From Candidatus Omnitrophota bacterium (lineage in GTDB: Bacteria > Omnitrophota > Gorgyraeia > Gorgyraeales > JBBIOC01), in contig JBBIOC010000001.1 of the NCBI GenBank assembly GCA_037443585.1, positions 1-33,665 of the forward strand: 33,665 nucleotides of DNA, read 5' to 3'. The notes below the pieces were generated by a model that did not search any database, was not told where the DNA came from, and saw only the letters and a program-made list of their open reading frames with translations. Both the position numbers and the translations under genes were made by a program. Of the stretch, positions 17,311 through 24,796 are shown piece by piece (positions within the stretch are counted from its first letter, which is position 1; every line of letters begins with the position of its first letter).

Positions 17311-17405
17311 ATCCCCTCCTGTATCTCTCAAAATCTCCCTTTGCCATCATTTTTATTAAATTTTCAAAATTTCATAATATTGCAGTATGTCGGTTAAGTA
17401 TTGTT

Positions 17406-18377
17406 TCATCTTTGAATTCTCCTCGTATCTGCATCAACCATTAATTTAACTAACTTTTCAAAATTGACCTTTGGTTGCCAGCCAAGGACTCTTTTGGCTT
17501 TGCTAAAGTCGCCTCTTAATTCGTAAACTTCAGCAGGGCGATATAAGGTTTTGTCTATTACAACATAATCTTTCCAATTAAGACCAACGTGACTAAATGC
17601 CAATTCTACAAATTCTTTGACTGAGTGGGTTTCGCCAGTGGCGATTACGTAGTCATCGGGTTTGTCCTGTTGAAGCATAAGGGACATTGCTTCAATATAA
17701 TCTTTAGCATATCCCCAGTCTCTCTTTGCATCTAAATTGCCGAGTCTTAATTCTTTGCTCTGTCCTGCTTTAATCTCAGCTACTGCATTAGTTATTTTAC
17801 GAGTAACAAACTCAAATCCGCGCCTGGGGGACTCGTGATTAAAGAGTATCCCATTACAGGCAAAGAGTCCGTAGGATTCCCGATAATTCCGGGTTAAATC
17901 AAAGCCAGCAACTTTAGAGATGCCATATGGAGAACGAGGGTGAAAAGGTATATTTTCATTTTGAGGGGTTTGTTTTGTCAACCCAAACATTTCACTACTT
18001 GCTGCGAAATAAAATTTGCAATCAGGTGCTTTTTGTTTAATAGCCGATAAGATAAAATGTGTCCCATTAATATTTGTGTTAATCGTAGAGAAGGCGTCTT
18101 CGAAGGAATAACTTACAAAACTCTGAGCTGCTAAATGGTAACATTCGTCTGGCTTGACCTTCTCTACAACATTAAATAGACTTGCATAACTTTCCAAAGA
18201 AGCAGGGTGTAGAATCAATTTATTTAAGATATGCCTTATCCGCCAGAGTCTGTGTTCAGGGTCTTCAAGCGCTACGCGCCTGACAATGCCGTGAACCTCA
18301 TAGCCCTTTTCTAAAAGAAACTCTGCCAAATAGGAGCCGTCCTGGCCAGTAATACCTGTGATTAGGGCTTTTTTCAT
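17406..18377 (-). CDS. gmd: GDP-mannose 4,6-dehydratase
   Basis: 323 aa with a near-canonical Gmd N-terminus MKKALITGITGQDGSYLAEFLLEKGYEVHGIVRR, plus SPYGISKV (YxxxK), NHESPRRG and RDWGYAKDY. Confidence 0.95.
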   Translation of the reverse strand: MKKALITGITGQDGSYLAEFLLEKGYEVHGIVRRVALEDPEHRLWRIRHILNKLILHPASLESYASLFNVVEKVKPDECYHLAAQSFVSYSFEDAFSTINTNINGTHFILSAIKQKAPDCKFYFAASSEMFGLTKQTPQNENIPFHPRSPYGISKVAGFDLTRNYRESYGLFACNGILFNHESPRRGFEFVTRKITNAVAEIKAGQSKELRLGNLDAKRDWGYAKDYIEAMSLMLQQDKPDDYVIATGETHSVKEFVELAFSHVGLNWKDYVVIDKTLYRPAEVYELRGDFSKAKRVLGWQPKVNFEKLVKLMVDADTRRIQR

Positions 18378-18435
18378 AATTTATCTAAACCTATAATTTA
18401 CCTGTGCCTTCCCTTCTTGGCTTGCCTTTGACGTT

Positions 18436-18467
18436 AAATTAGCCCTCGCCTTCGGCTCGGCTAATTT
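18436..18467. other. imperfect extended hairpin AAATTAGCC...GGCTAATTT downstream of the small-ORF cassette, upstream of gmd
   Basis: Perfect 9-bp outer arms at 18436..18444 and 18459..18467, with an inner GCC-TTC-GGC mini-stem. It may be a weak terminator for the cassette; the U-tract on the minus strand is poor. Confidence 0.3.
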
Positions 18468-18572
18468 CACAGATGATCGCAGATTGCCAGTTAAACTATA
18501 CGCTTTTACAGATGATCGCAGATAAATCCATCTGTGATCATCTTGTATCTTTTCATCTGTGCCCATCTGTGT
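18468..18572. repeat. cluster of CACAGAT/ATCTGTG-core short repeats
   Basis: ACAGATGATCGCAGAT is a perfect 16-nt direct repeat at 18469..18484 and 18508..18523 (39-nt register). An inverted near-copy ATCTGTGATCATCT is at 18530..18543. CATCTGTG occurs twice, at 18554..18561 and 18564..18571. Confidence 0.8.
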
Positions 18573-18623
18573 ATTTTATACTTTCCTATACTGTAAAGAT
18601 ATATAAAGGGCTTACACAACGAT

Positions 18624-18803
18624 TTAACCCTCTGATTTGAATTTTTTAAAAAATTTAGCTCTTTCATACAACCCGAATGCAATCCTGATCTTTTTTTCAA
18701 AACTCTCTTTTGCAAATATTTTACGACATTCTTCTTTTGATCTGAAAATTTTCTGTCTATACCTCTCAATATCTTTTTGATTCTTTGCAATTACACTATC
18801 CAT
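18624..18803 (-). CDS. small basic hypothetical protein (59 aa), translationally coupled to the upstream nucleotidyltransferase-fold gene
   Basis: ATG 18803 is preceded by GGAGAG with a 5-nt spacer and overlaps the upstream stop as ATGGATAG. Product: MDSVIAKNQKDIERYRQKIFRSKEECRKIFAKESFEKKIRIAFGLYERAKFFKKFKSEG. I recognise no family. The track's longer version starts at TTG 18827 without an RBS. Confidence 0.35.
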   Translation of the reverse strand: MDSVIAKNQKDIERYRQKIFRSKEECRKIFAKESFEKKIRIAFGLYERAKFFKKFKSEG

Positions 18804-19314
18804 AATATCTCTCCATAAATTCATCAAACTTTTTATCTAATCCGTTCCTTCTTAAGATATCTGATAGGAAAGTTTTATCAATTTTTGTTTGGTCTAAAAG
18901 TCTTATCAATTTGTCCCTGTCCTTTGGCCTATAAACTTTCAAGAATATCGCTATCAAATATTCAGGTTTTAAGATTTTCACTTCAATATTTCTATATTTC
19001 ACAGAAATTGCATTTTTAACTGCCTCTTTCTCTAATTCAGTGCTTGCAGGGATAAACTGAATTGGTATATCCCCTATCATAATGTATTCTTTGTATGTCT
19101 TATATCCTTTCTTTAATAAGAAATCATAGAAAGGTGTCAATAGTATTATCTTTTTTTTGAGTGGAATAAAAAAAATGTCAATATCTTTAGTAGCAAAAGG
19201 TTCGGTATAATAAATTGTAGCAACTGCACCTCCAATAGCGTAGTTCTTAAATAATCCTTCTTGATACATTTTATTTATTACTTTGAATACTTTCTCTATC
19301 TTTCTATTTTCCAT
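18796..19314 (-). CDS. minimal nucleotidyltransferase-fold protein (Pol-beta superfamily, MNT/AbiEii/DUF-type)
   Basis: 172 aa. The motif AIGGAVATIYYTEPFATKDIDIFF (G-G ... D-x-D, approx 19177..19233) is followed by a later LKVYRPKDRDKLIRLL motif, as in small KNTase/AbiEii-like NTases. The gene is AT-rich relative to its neighbours. Confidence 0.55.
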   Translation of the reverse strand: MENRKIEKVFKVINKMYQEGLFKNYAIGGAVATIYYTEPFATKDIDIFFIPLKKKIILLTPFYDFLLKKGYKTYKEYIMIGDIPIQFIPASTELEKEAVKNAISVKYRNIEVKILKPEYLIAIFLKVYRPKDRDKLIRLLDQTKIDKTFLSDILRRNGLDKKFDEFMERYYG

Positions 19315-19356
19315 AACTCATTCCTATAAATCAAAATAATCCGCTCTTTTTCTTAT

Positions 19357-19392
19357 CTATGGGGGAGGCGGAGGGGAGGCGGACTCCCATAG
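19357..19392. repeat. palindromic element CTATGGG...CGGACTCCCATAG (expanded copy)
   Basis: The sequence is CTATGGGGGAGGCGGAGGGGAGGCGGACTCCCATAG. Its arms CTATGGG/CCCATAG pair, and the interior holds a GGAGGCGGA duplication. The last 13 nt (19380..19392) are identical to 25757..25769. TTTTT follows on the plus strand. Confidence 0.75.
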
Positions 19393-19406
19393 TTTTTAAT
19401 TCGCCC

Positions 19407-19424
19407 TGCCCCATAAATGGGGCA
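19407..19424. terminator. stem-loop TGCCCCA-TAAA-TGGGGCA 15 nt downstream of the wza stop
   Basis: Perfect 7-bp GC-rich stem with a 4-nt loop. The TGCCCC/GGGGCA core is the same as in the hairpin at 8819..8840. No clean U-tract follows on the minus strand. Confidence 0.35.
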
Positions 19425-19438
19425 ACTACACCTTAAAT

Positions 19439-22177
19439 TTAATCCAATGTAGCGATGATGCCTACGCCAAGTGCCACCTGTGAAAGTATCTGGACTGTGT
19501 CCTTCAAGAGTGTGCCTGGAGGAGCCCAGTATTTAAACTCTTGGGGCACTACTATAGTATCGCCACGTTTCACCTCTTTTGCCATCATAAACTTGCTGAT
19601 TGCTTCGCCATTTGCACGGATAACATAGATGCCAGATTTGTCAGCGTGCTTTGTAAGGCCGCCTGTTTTTTGAATATAGTACTCAATACCTTTTTTCTCT
19701 TCATATGGGACTGCAGTTGGGTTATTGATACTGCCTATTACAGTAACTGCTGAAGGTGTCTGCGGGATTTTTAATGTATCGCCATTCTCAAGCAATATAT
19801 CATCTTTTGTGCCTTTTATTTCCTTAGGGTCTTTAAGTTTTATAACCATCCGTCCTTCAATCTCAGCAGAAGCAATCATATCTACAATCTCTTTGTGAAT
19901 CTTTAAAGACTCTGTTACACTAGCAATATCAATATTCCCTCCTGCGCGTAAGGCAAGCGCCTGCTGCTCTTCTAAGATTGCCCTGTTTTCTCTTTCCAGG
20001 AAGGTCTGCCGCATCTTCTCCTGTGCTTCCTTGATAGACTGCCGCGTAAATACAGCACCATCTAAAAATGCATCCTTTGTAAAACCTCCTGCGCGCTCGA
20101 TAAGGGAACTAAGGGTTTCGCCTTCCTGTGCTGCATATTCTCCAGGAAATCTTACCTCCCCTTCAACTATTACAAGCCTTTTTTCAGTCAACTTTGGTTC
20201 TGAGCGGATAAATAACTTATCCCCTTCTTTTAAGAATATATCTTTATCAACGATGGTCCTGTTGCCCTTTTTTATCAATTTGATATCTCGAACTACCGGC
20301 TGTTTGTCTGGAATTATATGAAAAAGCTCTCCTATCTTAACGACCTCACCAGACTTAACCCCCCCTGCCTTAAAGATTAGATCGGAAACCTTCATATTAG
20401 GGGAGATTTCATATTGACCCGGCCTGTTTACTGCACCATCTATCTCAACAAATGCAGAAGGCTTAATATCCGACTCTGAATAGATTAGGAGTATATCCCA
20501 TTCTGAAAGTTTCAAATTCTCTGTTTTATCGCCAGCCATAACCTTATGAAGGTCTATTGGAATAATCTCTCGGGTGCGCTCAACACTGACCCTTGCTATT
20601 TCAGCACGAGGAAAATAGGTGCCCGGAAGGAATCCCTTTGCGCGGTCCATAAGGTCCCTGACTGTCATATCCTTTGTCAGACCGTAGTCACCAGGATGCT
20701 CTACATTTCCGATGACTGTTACAAAATTATGGCGTAGCCTAACAATAGGCGAAACAAGCACAAGGTCTCCATTTTTAAGACTTATATCTTTAAGCGAGAT
20801 TTCTCCATTCGGAAGGGTTTTGAGCTCCATATCTTGAACAACCCTGCGCTCCTGGTCCTTTATGCGCTCAACCTGAAGCCGCTGAAGATTTCCTACAGGG
20901 GTGATTCCACCAGAGATATCCATTAAGTCACTCAGTAAAATCTCACTCTTCGTCTCATAGATTGCAGGTTTTTTTACATTGCCTGTTATGCCGACTACAT
21001 CGCCAATAGTTGGGACAAATATTGTATCTTCTGGTTGAAGCCTGGGGTCCTGAGTCTTATCTCCTTTTAATAACAAGGGATATAGGTCAATCTCCTGCTG
21101 TGTGCCATTTGAACGGCCCAGCTTTATTCTTCGCAATGTCCCTAATTTTGTAGGTCCGCCTGCAGCATAAAGCCCATGGAATACAGTAGACTGAGAACCC
21201 AAGATATAAGCACCTGGCTTCTTTACCTCACCTAACACAAATACACGAATACTGCGCAGCCTGCCCATAGATACATCCACATTAAAATTTGTATAGAATT
21301 GATTCAACCGTCCGCGAATCTGATTCTCGGCCTCTTCAAACTTTAGACCCCAAAGATACAATGGCCCTGCCTTTGGCAGAAGTATCTTTCCTTCAGCATC
21401 TATAGTTATAGGAAAAGATTCCTGGACGCTTCCCCAGATATTTATAATAAGCGTATCACCAGGTCCAAGTATATAATCAGGGTTTACAGGAATTGTAACT
21501 GTAGGCAGAAAAGAACCTTTGTCAAATCCGACAGCAGGCTCTGCCACAAAGGTACTCTTCAGTTTCCCAAAGGCAGTCTTGAGTTCCGGTTCTTCGGGTG
21601 CTGATTCTAAAGAAGGCTCAATGGGTGTAGCAAATAGCTCATAACCAAACTGGCTTAACTCCTTTGAAACGCCAAAGGGTATATTCTTTGTAAAGCTTGC
21701 TTCAATGGGAGAAGGCGTCTCGCTGAGTTCTTTTGCAAATAATTCCTCTGCTATCTTCTCTTTTTCAGGATAAAATTTATAGCCATCGTAGGGACAGGTA
21801 AGCATCTGAAAAAGCTTAAATTTGGGTTTTTCAGCCTCAAACCTTGCTGGTTCTTCTTTTTTAAAATCTATTATATTGAAGGCTTCTTCTTTTGTAACTT
21901 TTTCTTTTGGACCTTTTGGCAAACCTACCTCAGTCTCAACTGGAGCAGGGGATTCAGGTTCTGCAATCTGGTGCATTATCCAGCTTGTATAAAGCCCGTC
22001 CTTGCCCGGTGTATAGAAAAACTCCATACCGCAGTTTGGGCAGCGAATATTTTGAAAGGCAGCTGGCTGCAGAATTTCTGGCTTCTTTTCAAAAGAAAGT
22101 AAATCAGGCGGCAAGACTACAGTTGTTAAAAACAGAACCAAAACTAAAAGCGTTGGATTTAAGATTTTTTTGGACAT
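19439..22177 (-). CDS. wza: outer-membrane polysaccharide export protein (Wza/OPX family), large multi-SLBB form
   Basis: 912 aa with signal peptide MSKKILNPTLLVLVLFLTTVVL. It has FGYELF and the Poly_export/PES motif PDYILGPGDTLIINIWG. Six G-x-V-x-x-P-x-x-Y-like SLBB repeats are visible: LGEVKKPGAY, TGNVKKPAIY, IGNVEHPGDY, DGAVNRPGQY, EGEVRFPGEY, IGSINNPTAV. The C-terminal helix is hydrophobic (VQILSQVALGVGIIATLD). A strong SD (AAGGAGGGGG) precedes ATG 22177. Confidence 0.85.
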   Translation of the reverse strand: MSKKILNPTLLVLVLFLTTVVLPPDLLSFEKKPEILQPAAFQNIRCPNCGMEFFYTPGKDGLYTSWIMHQIAEPESPAPVETEVGLPKGPKEKVTKEEAFNIIDFKKEEPARFEAEKPKFKLFQMLTCPYDGYKFYPEKEKIAEELFAKELSETPSPIEASFTKNIPFGVSKELSQFGYELFATPIEPSLESAPEEPELKTAFGKLKSTFVAEPAVGFDKGSFLPTVTIPVNPDYILGPGDTLIINIWGSVQESFPITIDAEGKILLPKAGPLYLWGLKFEEAENQIRGRLNQFYTNFNVDVSMGRLRSIRVFVLGEVKKPGAYILGSQSTVFHGLYAAGGPTKLGTLRRIKLGRSNGTQQEIDLYPLLLKGDKTQDPRLQPEDTIFVPTIGDVVGITGNVKKPAIYETKSEILLSDLMDISGGITPVGNLQRLQVERIKDQERRVVQDMELKTLPNGEISLKDISLKNGDLVLVSPIVRLRHNFVTVIGNVEHPGDYGLTKDMTVRDLMDRAKGFLPGTYFPRAEIARVSVERTREIIPIDLHKVMAGDKTENLKLSEWDILLIYSESDIKPSAFVEIDGAVNRPGQYEISPNMKVSDLIFKAGGVKSGEVVKIGELFHIIPDKQPVVRDIKLIKKGNRTIVDKDIFLKEGDKLFIRSEPKLTEKRLVIVEGEVRFPGEYAAQEGETLSSLIERAGGFTKDAFLDGAVFTRQSIKEAQEKMRQTFLERENRAILEEQQALALRAGGNIDIASVTESLKIHKEIVDMIASAEIEGRMVIKLKDPKEIKGTKDDILLENGDTLKIPQTPSAVTVIGSINNPTAVPYEEKKGIEYYIQKTGGLTKHADKSGIYVIRANGEAISKFMMAKEVKRGDTIVVPQEFKYWAPPGTLLKDTVQILSQVALGVGIIATLD

Positions 22178-22195
22178 CTTCCCCCTCCTTTTGGT

Positions 22196-23761
22196 TTAGA
22201 ATTTTCGACTTACCTCCACACCTAAAAAATGATTCCTCACAGACTTCGACGTATTCTGGTAGTTATTAATCCGCTCAAATTCATAAGAAATACTTATGTC
22301 GATATTCTCAATATTATACTGCTTCAGCCCATTTATCAAAGAAAATTCTAAACGAATCTCATCAGTGGTTTCAATTAAAGCGCTATTTAATCCCCGTCGC
22401 TGGTGGCTTATAGTACCAGTCAATTTTGCCTCATTTGGAAAATGGGCTATGCCTGATATTGCAAAGTCGTCAGCATTTTCTCCGACGTGATGGCCAATTA
22501 TGTTTCCTCTGTGGGTATACCCTGAAGTATATCTAAAATGCTGATACCAGCCAGACTCAAATCTTGCATATTCTATCTTTCCATCAAGTCCAGGGACTTT
22601 AAAAATATCTGTAAAAAACGCCCCAATAATCCCTGCAAGAATCTTTGGAATATTTCCTGCTTCATCCTCAGCACCGCCTTCTATGTATAATTTTGCGCCT
22701 GTTGCAATCGGCAGGAAGCGGTCAATCCGTCTTAAAAATAATTGAATATCCCCAGAGATTATGTGATTTTCAGTCTCTGTCTCGCCTCCTGCAGGGCTAA
22801 ATACCAAAGATGCAGAACTTATAAAATTTGCAAATCCAAGCCGCTTGACGCCCTTTCCCCCAAACATAAGTATATGTCCTGCGCCGAACTTTAAAAAACC
22901 CCAGGGGGTGTAGTCAAGCCTCCAGCCAGCAACAGATACATTTGGAACAGCGCGCTTCTCTTCAAGCCTCGATACAAAGAAGATACCATTGAACCTGCCC
23001 AGTCTTCGGAATATCCACGGAAGCCGAAAAGGCGTCTTATTATTCAATCTGACCATATCCAAAGGAAATGCATTATCAGTCATTAGAAGCGAGCCGTGGA
23101 ATCCAGGCCCCCACCACATAGAATTCCGGCCCAAAGCCAACTCAAGGTTGAGCCTTGGGTGGCTAACCCTTATATGCGCATTTTCAAAATCTGCGTCAGT
23201 GTCTTCTCTGCTATAACGAATGCCTGGCGTAAGCGATACAGCAAAAAAATTCGCTGCCTTTGCCCATGATGTAATCCTTGCGCGGATGTTAAAACCATCC
23301 TTCGGCTTCCAACCATCCTTATTTTCAAAGAGCGCCTGATCTATGTCTAATTTTGTATATAATTTCTCTATTCTTATCGGGTCTGCAATCTTGAATCTAT
23401 ATTTTTTTGGGCCCCCATCGTGGTTTACAGCTACCTCAACACCTATTGTTATAAGCTCTTCGCGAAATTCTTCTATTAAGTCATAAAGAAGCGTCTCATA
23501 ATACTCTTGAGCTTGCCAGTCAAAATCTATGTTGTAGTCCCTTGCCTTCTCAATGGCGCTCTTTATTATATAAGCCATCTTTATTCGAGAGACTGGCCGA
23601 GCGCCTATATCAGCTATGTCGCAGAGTCCAACGATTGCAAGTTTCTCTATCGCATCGTAGCTCCAGTGCCTAAGCGGCACATCCACTGAAGGGTTTGCCC
23701 ATATTAAAGGTGGTATCAGAATTGTAGTGCATAATATCAAGATGCTGATTCGGCGAACCAC
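22196..23761 (-). CDS. outer-membrane beta-barrel protein, Wzi (capsule assembly) family-like
   Basis: 521 aa with signal peptide [22 protein letters not shown]. The N-terminal motif [19 protein letters not shown] resembles the Wzi N-terminal (and SLH-like) W....L...G pattern. The body has alternating beta-strand-like character and ends in a terminal aromatic (VEVSRKF). GTG start at 23761. Confidence 0.55.
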   Translation of the reverse strand: MVRRISILILCTTILIPPLIWANPSVDVPLRHWSYDAIEKLAIVGLCDIADIGARPVSRIKMAYIIKSAIEKARDYNIDFDWQAQEYYETLLYDLIEEFREELITIGVEVAVNHDGGPKKYRFKIADPIRIEKLYTKLDIDQALFENKDGWKPKDGFNIRARITSWAKAANFFAVSLTPGIRYSREDTDADFENAHIRVSHPRLNLELALGRNSMWWGPGFHGSLLMTDNAFPLDMVRLNNKTPFRLPWIFRRLGRFNGIFFVSRLEEKRAVPNVSVAGWRLDYTPWGFLKFGAGHILMFGGKGVKRLGFANFISSASLVFSPAGGETETENHIISGDIQLFLRRIDRFLPIATGAKLYIEGGAEDEAGNIPKILAGIIGAFFTDIFKVPGLDGKIEYARFESGWYQHFRYTSGYTHRGNIIGHHVGENADDFAISGIAHFPNEAKLTGTISHQRRGLNSALIETTDEIRLEFSLINGLKQYNIENIDISISYEFERINNYQNTSKSVRNHFLGVEVSRKF

Positions 23762-24675
23762 TTTATAGTCTCTTTTAATCCCTCTTCTAAATTGACCTTC
23801 GGCTCCCAGCCTAAAAATTTTTTTGCCTTAGTAATATCTGGCCTGCGCTGTTTTGGGTCATCCACTGGCAGTTTGTTAAATTTAATCTCGCTCTTTGAAT
23901 TTGTGAGAGCCTTTATTATCTGGGCAAGCTCTAAGATACTTATCTCCTGCGGATTGCCTAAATTTATAGGAATATGAACCTCTGAATTGAGTAATTTAAA
24001 GACTCCTTCAACCAGATCTGAGATAAAACAAAAACTGCGCGTCTGTATGCCATCGCCAAAAACTGTAATAGGCTCATCCTTTAATGCCTGAGTTATAAAA
24101 GTGGGAATCGCTCTTCCATCACCCTTTCTCATTCTTGGCCCACTTGTATTAAATATACGTGCTATATATGTCTTTAAATGATGGGCATTGTGATATGCCA
24201 TTGTGATAGCTTCAGCAAAACGCTTTGCCTCATCGTAAACCCCACGAGGACCAATGCAGTTGACATTGCCATAGTATTCTTCAGGTTGAGGGTGGACTGT
24301 TGGGTCGCCATAGACCTCTGATGTTGAGGCCAGTAAAAATTTAGCATTCTTTGCCTTTGCAACCCCGAGTGCGTTGTGAGTGCCTAAGGAACCCACCTTT
24401 AGCGTCTGAATCGGATAAGTTATATAGTCAATAGGGCTTGCCGGCGAGGCAAAATGAAGTACGCAATCAAGTTCGTCTTCAATATCAATATATTCGCAGA
24501 CATTGTGATTGATGAACTCAAAATTGGGATGGCCTTTTAGGTGGGATATATTAGCTAAAGAGCCTGTGATAAGGTTATCCATGCAGACTACCTTATAGCC
24601 TTCTTTTATTAAACGGTCACAGAGGTGGGAGCCAATAAACCCTGCCCCACCTGTAATTAGGGCTGCCTTTGACAA
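23737..24675 (-). CDS. uxs: UDP-glucuronate decarboxylase (UDP-xylose synthase)
   Basis: 312 aa with [39 protein letters not shown] (YxxxK), [12 protein letters not shown] and [12 protein letters not shown] start at 24675 with AAGGA about 9 nt upstream. Confidence 0.9.
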   Translation of the reverse strand: MSKAALITGGAGFIGSHLCDRLIKEGYKVVCMDNLITGSLANISHLKGHPNFEFINHNVCEYIDIEDELDCVLHFASPASPIDYITYPIQTLKVGSLGTHNALGVAKAKNAKFLLASTSEVYGDPTVHPQPEEYYGNVNCIGPRGVYDEAKRFAEAITMAYHNAHHLKTYIARIFNTSGPRMRKGDGRAIPTFITQALKDEPITVFGDGIQTRSFCFISDLVEGVFKLLNSEVHIPINLGNPQEISILELAQIIKALTNSKSEIKFNKLPVDDPKQRRPDITKAKKFLGWEPKVNLEEGLKETIKWFAESAS

Positions 24676-24745
24676 AGCAGGGATTCCTTTTAAATAGATA
24701 TGGCCAATTTTAGTTGATTATAGGCCTTTAATTAGGCGAATTCAT

Positions 24746-24774
24746 ATTTTATGCAAAATTATCATATAAGTCAA
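24746..24774 (-). promoter_or_regulatory. sigma70-like promoter TTGACT-N17-TAAAAT upstream of uxs
   Basis: On the minus strand the -35 TTGACT is at 24774..24769, the spacer is exactly 17 nt, and the -10 TAAAAT is at 24751..24746. It lies about 70 nt upstream of the uxs start, in the only sizeable gap (121 bp) in this part of the locus. Confidence 0.45.
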
Positions 24775-24796
24775 TAGAAATTTAAGGGTTTGAAAT

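Noticed and set aside
17311-17405. A promoter in the gmd-to-PCP gap, and the TTG 17331 start for the PCP gene
   Set aside because: Candidate -35/-10 pairs (TTAACC/TATTAT, TTGAAA/TAAAAT) have wrong spacing. The TTG start lacks an RBS, whereas ATG 17310 is preceded by AGGAGGGG.
18468-18572. Possible CRISPR array, considered here and at 8698..8798
   Set aside because: There are only two exact direct copies of a 16-17-nt unit, shorter than typical CRISPR repeats as I recall them. Orientations are mixed, spacing is irregular, and there are no cas genes or leader. This fits REP- or operator-like repeats better.
18381-18790. Track ORFs 18381..18566 (61 aa) and 18506..18790 (94 aa)
   Set aside because: Both run through the ATCTGTG-core repeat cluster. 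The duplicated LRSSVK peptide is simply the translated 16-nt DNA repeat. The 94-aa ORF overlaps the better-supported 59-aa ORF in another frame. Neither has an RBS.
18381-19438. The cassette as an IS element, MITE or integron cassette
   Set aside because: There is no transposase, integrase or recombinase ORF. I could find no terminal inverted repeats or target-site duplication shared by the two flanks by eye. The flanking structures belong to different repeat families.
21788-22042. Zinc ribbon in the Wza N-terminal extension (CPNC ... CPYDG)
   Set aside because: Only three cysteines are present (C46, C49, C128) and they are about 80 residues apart. This is not a four-ligand knuckle pair. The region is also exported past a signal peptide, where zinc ribbons are unusual.
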